This document shows, in pieces, positions 39,330-47,033 of a stretch of DNA of 64,000 nt. Within the stretch, counting starts at the first letter, position 1. Every line of letters begins with the position of its first letter. Below the pieces are notes generated by a model. The model did no database searches. It saw nothing but the letters and a program-made list of their open reading frames with translations, and had not been told where the DNA came from. The translations under genes were made by a program, and so were the position numbers. This DNA is from Sphingomonadales bacterium (lineage in GTDB: Bacteria > Bacteroidota > Bacteroidia > Chitinophagales > Chitinophagaceae): contig VHAT01000010.1 in the NCBI GenBank assembly GCA_016872195.1, positions 90-64,089 on the forward strand. The letters are read 5' to 3'.

Positions 39330-40025
39330 ATGATCAATTTATTGCAGATCACCGACAGTCTTACCACCACGGCCAAGCGTGTGGCTGGCGATACCAATCA
39401 AGACGGCTATATTAGTTTATGGGAATTACTCTCTACCGGAGGATGGATCATGATCCCGCTGGGTATCATGTTGCTGGCGGTGGTCTACGTTTTTGTCGAA
39501 CGGTTTATGGCCATTCGGGAAGCCGGACGCATCGATCCCAATTTTATGAATATCATCCGCGATCATATTGTGACCGGAAACGTGGTTGCCGCCCGCAATT
39601 TTGCCAAGAATAGTAATAATCCCGTAGCCCGTATCGTCGATAAGGGTATTCAGCGCATCGGTAAGCCGATCGATGCCATTGAAAAGAGCATGGACAATGT
39701 AGGCGTTTTGGAAATGTACAAACTCGAAAAGAATTTGGGAGTGTTATCCGTCATCTCCAAAGCCGCTCCAATTTTCGGATTCGTGGGGACCTTGGTGGGG
39801 CTTATGCAACTTTTCTCCAGTATCACAACATCGAATGAATTTGAAGTCTCTACAATCGCCGGTGGTATTTATACAAAATTGATCACTTCTATTTCGGGTC
39901 TTGTAATTGGGTTGATCGCTTATTTGGGATATAGTTACCTGATGACCCAGATCGATAAGACTGCCAATAAAATGGAATCGGCCGCTGCCGATTTTCTGGA
40001 CGTTTTACAAGAGCCTACTCGTTAA
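39330..40025 (+). CDS. ExbB/TolQ/MotA proton-channel family protein, with an N-terminal EF-hand-like loop
   Basis: GGWIMIPL, APIFGFVGTL, GGIYTKLITSISGL; DTNQDGYISLWEL at aa 21-33. Confidence 0.93.
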   Translation: MINLLQITDSLTTTAKRVAGDTNQDGYISLWELLSTGGWIMIPLGIMLLAVVYVFVERFMAIREAGRIDPNFMNIIRDHIVTGNVVAARNFAKNSNNPVARIVDKGIQRIGKPIDAIEKSMDNVGVLEMYKLEKNLGVLSVISKAAPIFGFVGTLVGLMQLFSSITTSNEFEVSTIAGGIYTKLITSISGLVIGLIAYLGYSYLMTQIDKTANKMESAAADFLDVLQEPTR

Positions 40026-40031
40026 TGCCCC

Positions 40032-40430
40032 ATGCGATTTAGAAGAAAACATAGCGAACAATCAGAGGTGTTCACCGATTCTCTCAATGACATCTTATTT
40101 ATCTTATTGATGTTCTTTTTGATCGTAGCGACCCTGGCGAATCCGAATGTGATCAGGGTGGGGTTACCCAAAGGATCAAAGGATACCAAGGCTAAGCAGC
40201 ATATCATGGTCTCGATAGACCGTAATCAACAATTTTATTTGGGTACGACTCCGCTTGCGTCCGATCGATTCGAAGCCGCCCTTACCGACGAGATCAGACG
40301 ATTTCGCAGTTTGGTCGATACGCCAACAGTAGTTATCAATGCCGATACCACGGCTTATTATGGCGAAGTCTACCAGATTATGCTACTGGCCAAAAAAGAA
40401 AAGGCCAAAGTAGTGGCCCGTATCGAATAA
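40032..40430 (+). CDS. ExbD/TolR family protein
   Basis: LNDILFILLMFF with the conserved TM Asp, VVINAD; follows ExbB. Confidence 0.93.
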   Translation: MRFRRKHSEQSEVFTDSLNDILFILLMFFLIVATLANPNVIRVGLPKGSKDTKAKQHIMVSIDRNQQFYLGTTPLASDRFEAALTDEIRRFRSLVDTPTVVINADTTAYYGEVYQIMLLAKKEKAKVVARIE

Positions 40431-40434
40431 GAGA

Positions 40435-41289
40435 TCAGCGCCAGGCCCGAAGCATTCTCTTTTTCCCTTGCATATCTTCTTTTATCTCCGTTTTTAGCGA
40501 GCCTGTCTCCATTATCGATACGATGTCCATCGCATACGCTGCATTCAATTCGACAAAGAGCTGTCCGGTGGGCTTGAGATGCGACTGAGCCAGCAACATT
40601 AACTGTCTATAAAAAATCAAGGGATCGGTACCGGGCGCAAACAAGGCACGATGGGGTTCATGGTCCAACACGCGCGCGCTCATCGCGGCCTTCTCATCGA
40701 TACTGATGTAGGGAGGATTACTTACGATCAGATCGCAGAGGGGAAGGTTCGTCCAGGTCGATGGATGTAGCAGATCAGTTTGAATACAGGTAATATCGAT
40801 GCCTAGTGCCGTGGCATTGTGTCGAGCTACGGTCAGCGCATTTTCATCAATATCTGCTGCGGTCACTGATGCTTTTCTGATCCTTCTTTTAAGGGCTAAG
40901 GCAATACAGCCACTACCCGTGCCCATGTCGAGGATCTGGAGTTGCGTAACCGGAAAGCGGCAATTGGAAATGATCCACTCGACCAGCTCTTCGGTCTCAG
41001 GTCTTGGTATGAGCACCTGGTTATTGACCATCAATTTTAATCCGCAGAACCAAGCCTCCCCCACGGCATATTGTAAAGGTTCTCCTGCTAAAATACGTTG
41101 AGTAAGCACAGCGAGTCGATCGAGCTGATCAGTGTAAAGTAAGCTGTGTTGTAGTTTGTGGAATTGGTCTCTTTCCACTTGCAGTACATGCTCCAGTAAG
41201 AGGGTAGTCATGGCCTTGGCTTCGTCCGGGTCTATTTTTGATTGAAGCCAATTGGAGTAATGTTGGATCGATGTGGCCAGGGTCATCAT
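40435..41289 (-). CDS. prmC: Release factor glutamine N5-methyltransferase
   Basis: GEPLQY, LIPRPETEEL, DMGTGSGCIA, SNPPY, LDHEP, KKRM. Confidence 0.97.
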   Translation of the reverse strand: MMTLATSIQHYSNWLQSKIDPDEAKAMTTLLLEHVLQVERDQFHKLQHSLLYTDQLDRLAVLTQRILAGEPLQYAVGEAWFCGLKLMVNNQVLIPRPETEELVEWIISNCRFPVTQLQILDMGTGSGCIALALKRRIRKASVTAADIDENALTVARHNATALGIDITCIQTDLLHPSTWTNLPLCDLIVSNPPYISIDEKAAMSARVLDHEPHRALFAPGTDPLIFYRQLMLLAQSHLKPTGQLFVELNAAYAMDIVSIMETGSLKTEIKEDMQGKKRMLRAWR

Positions 41290-41299
41290 GCCGTTAGTA

Positions 41300-42190
41300 T
41301 TACTGCCGAAAACGGCTGCTGACGACTAGCTCTTTGCTTCCGGGAGTGTATTGGTAAAAGCCTTCACCGGTCTTGATACCCAGTTTTCCGTCTTTGACCA
41401 GTTGCTCTAATAAAGTTGCCGGTGCATATTTATCGGTCTTGAATCCTTCGTGAAGAACCTGCATGATCGATAAGCATACGTCAAGACCGATCAGATCGGC
41501 CAGCTGCAACGGACCCATGGGGTGGGCCATGCCCAGTTTCATAATGGTATCGATCTCTTCCACACCGGCTACCCCCTCTTGTAAACTACATATGGCCTCA
41601 TTGATCATGGGCATCAGAATACGATTAGCGATAAAGCCAGGAAAGTCATTGACCACACAAGGTACTTTTTGCAACGCCTTGCTGTACGAAACAATTTGAG
41701 CGGTGACAGTCTGATCGGTCTGTGGCCCTGTGATGATCTCCACCAGCTTCATGACCGGTACCGGATTCATAAAGTGCATACCGATCACTTTTTCGGGACG
41801 ACGAGTAGCAGCAGCAATGGTTTGTATGGGGATCGAAGAGGTATTGGTCGCTAAGATGCAATGGGCTGGCGCTGCCGTATCGAGCGCTTTGAATAAATTC
41901 AGTTTTATCTCTTTGTTTTCGGTGGCCGCTTCCACGACTAACTCGGCCTCTTGGACCCCTTCGGTCAACGAAGTATTCGTGGTCATATTTTGCAAGGTGG
42001 CATTTACTTGTTCTGCCGTGAGCGTGCCCTTGCTCTGCATTCGCTCCAGATTTTTTTTAATGGTGTTGATTGCCTTTTCGAGTTGCGCACCATTTACATC
42101 GATCAGGGTTACTCTCCAGCCATATTGTGCGAACACATGCGCGATCCCATTACCCATGGTGCCGGCTCCGATCACAGCCATTTTCTTCAT
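41300..42190 (-). CDS. hbd: 3-hydroxybutyryl-CoA dehydrogenase
   Basis: GAGTMGNGIA, VEAATEN, ATNTSSI, GMHFMNPVP, PGFIANR, HPMGPL, DLIGLD. Confidence 0.92.
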   Translation of the reverse strand: MKKMAVIGAGTMGNGIAHVFAQYGWRVTLIDVNGAQLEKAINTIKKNLERMQSKGTLTAEQVNATLQNMTTNTSLTEGVQEAELVVEAATENKEIKLNLFKALDTAAPAHCILATNTSSIPIQTIAAATRRPEKVIGMHFMNPVPVMKLVEIITGPQTDQTVTAQIVSYSKALQKVPCVVNDFPGFIANRILMPMINEAICSLQEGVAGVEEIDTIMKLGMAHPMGPLQLADLIGLDVCLSIMQVLHEGFKTDKYAPATLLEQLVKDGKLGIKTGEGFYQYTPGSKELVVSSRFRQ

Positions 42191-42198
42191 AGTCATCC

Positions 42199-42840
42199 TT
42201 AGTTTTTCTTTTTGAAATCGCCTCGTTTCCACGATTCAATAAAATCGGCCCAGGCGGCCGGGTTAAAAATATTCATAGGAGGCGTTTGCCCTTGGTATAC
42301 GGCCCGGTTTGCAATTTTATTCATTTGCATGCGGGTGGCTTCTCCGCCATCGCCCGGTACGGTACGAAGCAATAGTCTGCGGGTAGTGGCGTTGGTATTT
42401 TTTCGAGCGATCTCGTATTGGTCGTCGGGGACTTGCACATTCACAAAATCTCTTGCGAATTGTTCTGGCGTTGGCCTGGGTTTAAGCACAGTGGCAGGCA
42501 GATAGACCGTATCGGCTACCAGCAGCTGTACGATGCTATACTGATTGCCCACGAGGTTCCGGGGTATCAAAACCGTTTTTCCCTGGTAGCTTACGTGTGA
42601 GAATTCGACCTGGTCTCCTTTTAGCACAACGATCGAGAAAACGCCTTGGTTATTGGTAATAGTACCCCGATTCTGTCCTTTGACCACGATACTAACGGCG
42701 GGTATACCCACCAGACTATCGGCTGTCATTACCACGCCGAATAACTGCACCACCGAGTCGCGTGTCGTTTCAAATTGCGCTTTGGCCAGGGTAGGTATTA
42801 GGATCAACAGTGCCAGCGAGAAAAGAAAGGGGGTTTTCAC
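42199..42840 (-). CDS. Exported CarboxypepD_reg-like domain protein
   Basis: Signal ...AKA|Q, VQLFGVV, RGTITNNQGVFSI, VEFSHVSY, LPATVL. Confidence 0.8.
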   Translation of the reverse strand: MKTPFLFSLALLILIPTLAKAQFETTRDSVVQLFGVVMTADSLVGIPAVSIVVKGQNRGTITNNQGVFSIVVLKGDQVEFSHVSYQGKTVLIPRNLVGNQYSIVQLLVADTVYLPATVLKPRPTPEQFARDFVNVQVPDDQYEIARKNTNATTRRLLLRTVPGDGGEATRMQMNKIANRAVYQGQTPPMNIFNPAAWADFIESWKRGDFKKKN

Positions 42841-42940
42841 TTGACAAAATTAGTCAGTCCCGGCTGAATTGTCCCAACAAATTGCCAGTTTCAATGTTTA
42901 CTTTTGTACCCCTTTTGAAGCGTTGTTTAAATTTTAACAA

Positions 42941-44032
42941 ATGACCGAATCGCAAATACTTGATGCGTTACGAAATGTACAAGAGCCCGACCTGGGCAAG
43001 GACCTGGTAACGCTCAATATGATCAGGGATATTGCCATCGACGGGCAGCAGGTTTCGTTTACGGTCGTGCTGACCACGCCCGCCTGTCCGATGAAGGATA
43101 TGATGCGCAATGCCTGTGTCAATGCCATACAGCTCTTGGTCAATAAAGAAGCGGTGGTGCAAGTTCATTTTACGGCTCAAACCAGCACCAAGCGTGTAGA
43201 TGGTCTTTCAGTCTTGCCACAGGTTAAAAATATCATTGCGGTGGTAAGCGGAAAAGGGGGCGTGGGTAAATCGACCGTGGCCGCCAATTTGGCCCTGGCC
43301 TTAGCGCAGGGCGGTGCACAAGTCGGCTTGATGGATGCTGATATTTACGGGCCCAGTGTTCCCATCATGTTCGGTGTACGCGGCGAGCGTCCGCTCATGA
43401 AAGAGGTCGATGGTAAAGGGATGATCGTTCCATTGGAGCGATTTGGGATCAAACTGATGAGCATTGGGTTGCTGGTCGATGAGAAGAACGCCGTGGTATG
43501 GAGAGGCCCAATGGCCAGTAGCGCCGTAAAGCAATTTGCTACCGATGTTTGTTGGGATACGCTGGATTATCTTGTTATCGACATGCCTCCCGGTACTGGA
43601 GATATCCATCTTACGTTGTTGCAAACAGTCCCTGTAACCGGAGCGGTTATTGTTAGTACACCACAGGATGTAGCCTTGGCCGATGCCAAAAAAGGGATCG
43701 CCATGTTCGGGCAAGCGCAGTTGAAGATTCCTATCATTGGGCTGGTTGAGAACATGAGCTACTTTACACCGGCCGAGTTACCCGATAACAAATATTATCT
43801 TTTCGGAAAGCAAGGCGGACGAAAATTGGCTGATGAATATGATCTTCCATTTTTGGGAGAGATACCCCTGGTGCAATCGATCCGAGAGGGCGGCGATCAA
43901 GGGGTACCGGTGATGATTAGTGACGATGCGGTCTCTAAGCAAGCCTTTGAGCAATTTGCTGCCTTGGTGGTAAGAAGTATCGCGATGGGAAATGCTCATA
44001 TCAAAACAGAGCACATCGCAACTATGGTTTAA
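42941..44032 (+). CDS. mrp: Mrp/NBP35 (ApbC) Fe-S cluster carrier ATPase
   Basis: N-terminal VQEPDLGKDLV...TTPACP, GKGGVGKS, DADIYGPS, WRGPM, DMPPGTGD, ENMS. Confidence 0.95.
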   Translation: MTESQILDALRNVQEPDLGKDLVTLNMIRDIAIDGQQVSFTVVLTTPACPMKDMMRNACVNAIQLLVNKEAVVQVHFTAQTSTKRVDGLSVLPQVKNIIAVVSGKGGVGKSTVAANLALALAQGGAQVGLMDADIYGPSVPIMFGVRGERPLMKEVDGKGMIVPLERFGIKLMSIGLLVDEKNAVVWRGPMASSAVKQFATDVCWDTLDYLVIDMPPGTGDIHLTLLQTVPVTGAVIVSTPQDVALADAKKGIAMFGQAQLKIPIIGLVENMSYFTPAELPDNKYYLFGKQGGRKLADEYDLPFLGEIPLVQSIREGGDQGVPVMISDDAVSKQAFEQFAALVVRSIAMGNAHIKTEHIATMV

Positions 44033-44065
44033 AATAGTATCTTTCCAGCAGCCTATAATTGGTAT

Positions 44066-44911
44066 ATGACCCGCCAGCAACTTATTGAGCAGATCATCCA
44101 AAAGCAATCCTACCTCTGCGTAGGGCTAGACAGCGATATCGATAAGTTGCCTGCTGGAATAACGCGTGATCCCGGTGGAGTACTTTCTTTCAATAAGGCG
44201 ATCATCGATGCTACCCGTGCTTATTGCGTATCGTATAAGATCAATACGGCATTTTATGAGTCCTTAGGGGCAGCCGGTTGGTCGGTGATGGAGCAAACGG
44301 TACATTATATAGGGCAAGAACATTTTTTGATCGCCGATGCCAAGCGAGGTGATATCGGGAATACTGCCGATCAATATGCAAAGGCTTTTTTCAATACGCT
44401 CTCTTTTGATGCCGTTACCCTTGCTCCTTACATGGGATCCGACAGCATAAAACCGTTCTTGCAATTTCCAGGCAAGTGGGGGATCGTGTTAGGTCTAACG
44501 TCCAACCCGGGGGCCGCTGATTTTGAATTACAGTCTTGCGGGGAGCAACTGCTTTATGAGAGGGTCATGCAAACTGCATCATCCTGGGGAAATCCCGGTA
44601 ACATCATGTTTGTGGTGGGGGCTACTCGCTCAGATCTGATCGGTGCTATCAGAAAGCAATATCCCGATCATTTCTTTTTAGTGCCCGGCGTTGGTGCACA
44701 GGGCGGAAGTCTCGAGGAAGTCTCTCAACAGTCATTGGCCCGTGAGGGTGGGCTGCTTGTCAATGTTAGCCGGGCCATCATCTTTGCTTCTTCCCAGCCG
44801 GATTTTGCTCAAAAGGCTGCTGCAGAAGCCAAGCATTATCAACAACAGATGGCGCTGCTCTTGCGTGAAATCCCCGCCCTCTCGTTGGGAGAAACGGGTG
44901 GCATTCGCTAA
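44066..44911 (+). CDS. pyrF: Orotidine-5'-phosphate decarboxylase (Bacteroidota type)
   Basis: LCVGLD, YKINTAFYE, DAKRGDIGNT, TSNPG, VVGAT, LVPGVGAQGG, NVSRAII. Confidence 0.96.
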   Translation: MTRQQLIEQIIQKQSYLCVGLDSDIDKLPAGITRDPGGVLSFNKAIIDATRAYCVSYKINTAFYESLGAAGWSVMEQTVHYIGQEHFLIADAKRGDIGNTADQYAKAFFNTLSFDAVTLAPYMGSDSIKPFLQFPGKWGIVLGLTSNPGAADFELQSCGEQLLYERVMQTASSWGNPGNIMFVVGATRSDLIGAIRKQYPDHFFLVPGVGAQGGSLEEVSQQSLAREGGLLVNVSRAIIFASSQPDFAQKAAAEAKHYQQQMALLLREIPALSLGETGGIR

Positions 44912-44934
44912 CTTTGTGTTTCAAATTTCCTGCC

Positions 44935-46119
44935 ATGGCCGTTCGGACCGACCTTTTTCAACATCCCGATTATTTTGATGTTGATGCCTTGCTAAGCGAA
45001 GAGCATAAGTTAGTGCGTGAATCGGTGCGCAATTATGTAAAAAAAGAAATTTCGCCCATCATAGAGGACTATGCACAGCGCGCTGAATTCCCAACGCATA
45101 TCGTTCGCCAATTAGGTGAAATGGGTTGTTTTGGGCCTACGGTCCCTGTGGAATATGGTGGGGGAGGATTGGATTATATCTCCTATGGTTTAATGATGCA
45201 GGAGTTGGAGAGAGGCGATAGTGGTGTGCGCTCTACCGCATCCGTTCAGGGATCGCTGGTCATGTTTCCAATACATGCCTATGGTAGTGAAGAGCAAAAA
45301 AGAAAATTCTTACCCAAGCTGGCCAGCGGCGAGTGGCTTGGCTGTTTTGGTCTTACCGAGCCCAATCATGGTAGTGATCCGAGTAGCATGCTCACGCATT
45401 TTAGAGCCGATGGGGATCATGTTATTTTGAATGGAGCCAAAATGTGGATCAGTAATTCTCCCTTTGCGCAAGTGGCGGTGGTTTGGGCCAAAGATGAAGC
45501 GGGTGAGATACACGGGTTGATCGTAGAAAGAGGAATGGAAGGGTTTAGTACGCCCACCACACATGGAAAATGGAGTCTACGTGCCTCCGCTACCGGTGAA
45601 CTTGTATTTGATAATGTAAAGGTGCCAAGAACCAATATTTTACCGGGTGTAAAAGGACTAAGGGGTCCGCTGAGTTGTCTTACCAAAGCGCGTTATGGGA
45701 TTGCCTGGGGCGCCTTGGGTGCCGCCATGGATTGTTATGATACGGCTCTACGATATGCCAAGGAGCGAGAACAGTTCGGGAAGCCGATCGCTGGATTTCA
45801 GCTCCAGCAAAAGAAATTGGCCGAAATGCTCACCGAGATCACTAAGGCGCAGCTGATGGTTTGGCGGTTGGGAGTGCTCATGAACGAAAAGAAAGTCACC
45901 CCTCAGCAAGTGAGTATGGCCAAGAGAAACTCCTGTGAGATCGCCACACAAATCTGTCGCGATGCCCGCCAAGTATTGGGCGGTATGGGTATTACCGGAG
46001 AATACTCCGTTATGCGTCATATGATGAATCTGGAAAGTGTGATCACCTATGAGGGTACACATGATATTCACCTACTGATTACGGGAATGGATATTACCGG
46101 ACTCAATGCTTTCAAATAG
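44935..46119 (+). CDS. gcdH: Acyl-CoA dehydrogenase, glutaryl-CoA dehydrogenase-like
   Basis: ELERGDSGVRS, CFGLTEPNHGSDP, GAKMWISN, SLRASATG, REQFGKPI, TYEGTHDIH. TAACTTTG promoter at 44909-44916. Confidence 0.85.
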   Translation: MAVRTDLFQHPDYFDVDALLSEEHKLVRESVRNYVKKEISPIIEDYAQRAEFPTHIVRQLGEMGCFGPTVPVEYGGGGLDYISYGLMMQELERGDSGVRSTASVQGSLVMFPIHAYGSEEQKRKFLPKLASGEWLGCFGLTEPNHGSDPSSMLTHFRADGDHVILNGAKMWISNSPFAQVAVVWAKDEAGEIHGLIVERGMEGFSTPTTHGKWSLRASATGELVFDNVKVPRTNILPGVKGLRGPLSCLTKARYGIAWGALGAAMDCYDTALRYAKEREQFGKPIAGFQLQQKKLAEMLTEITKAQLMVWRLGVLMNEKKVTPQQVSMAKRNSCEIATQICRDARQVLGGMGITGEYSVMRHMMNLESVITYEGTHDIHLLITGMDITGLNAFK

Positions 46120-46124
46120 GGCGC

Positions 46125-46631
46125 ATGCGTATTTACCTGATCGGTTTTATGGGTGCTGGCAAATCGTTTTGGGGTCCTCGTTTGGCCCGTGAGGCTGGTT
46201 TCCGTTTTTTTGATCTTGACCAGGTGCTAGAAGAAAGCCAGGGAGAACGCATCGACACTATTTTTTCTCAACATGGAGAAGAGGCTTTTCGTCAATTAGA
46301 AAAGGACTGTCTTCATTTACTCACCGAAAGTCATACGCAATTCGTTATGGCTTGTGGAGGGGGTACCCCCTGTTTTTTGAATAATATCGAGTACATGAAG
46401 CAGTCCGGAAAGGTGGTTTGGGTCAATCCCGCCGTAGAGACGATTGCCCAACGGCTAACGACAGCCCGACAGCAACGACCGTTGCTGCAGTCGGTAACCG
46501 ACGAAGAGCTTTTAGGGTACATTCAAAAGAAGATGGCCGACCGAAGATTGTATTATGAGCAAGCCGATCTTCGCATCGATGAGGAGCCGATCGATCTTTC
46601 CGCTGTTTTAAAATCGCTTTTGCATGCATAA
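46125..46631 (+). CDS. aroK: Shikimate kinase
   Basis: GFMGAGKS, DLD, GEEAFR, CGGGTPC, RPLL, R...YEQA. Confidence 0.94.
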   Translation: MRIYLIGFMGAGKSFWGPRLAREAGFRFFDLDQVLEESQGERIDTIFSQHGEEAFRQLEKDCLHLLTESHTQFVMACGGGTPCFLNNIEYMKQSGKVVWVNPAVETIAQRLTTARQQRPLLQSVTDEELLGYIQKKMADRRLYYEQADLRIDEEPIDLSAVLKSLLHA

Positions 46632-47019
46632 TCGTACTGGGGCTTTGGGGGCCGCCATGTTAGCATTGGCTGTACTGACCGGGGCTTTTGGATCGCACGG
46701 GTTACAAAAATTAACGACCGACCCCACTGTGCTGGAGCCCTATAAAACAGCGGTACAGTATTTATGTTGGCACGGATTGGCTATTTTGATCTTGTGGGCG
46801 GCGGGCGATCGTTTGACCGAACGCGGTCGCAAGGTGGTCGTTACTTTTTTTATGGCCGGCATCATCCTTTTTTGTGGCTCTCTTTTTTTTCTGACCCTTG
46901 CTAAAATTTATCAGCTGTCCTATACCGGCATCGTGTTTTTAACGCCCATTGGAGGCTCGTTATTTGTGGCAGGGTGGTTGTACCTGTCGTACCTTCTGAT
47001 CACTAAACAAAGAAACTGA
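46624..47019 (+). CDS. DUF423 (YgdD/TMEM256) small membrane protein
   Basis: GAFGSHGL, TAVQY..WHG, GIILFCGSL, LTPIGG..FVAGW. Confidence 0.9.
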   Translation: MHNRTGALGAAMLALAVLTGAFGSHGLQKLTTDPTVLEPYKTAVQYLCWHGLAILILWAAGDRLTERGRKVVVTFFMAGIILFCGSLFFLTLAKIYQLSYTGIVFLTPIGGSLFVAGWLYLSYLLITKQRN

Positions 47020-47033
47020 TTATCTTTGTTCGA

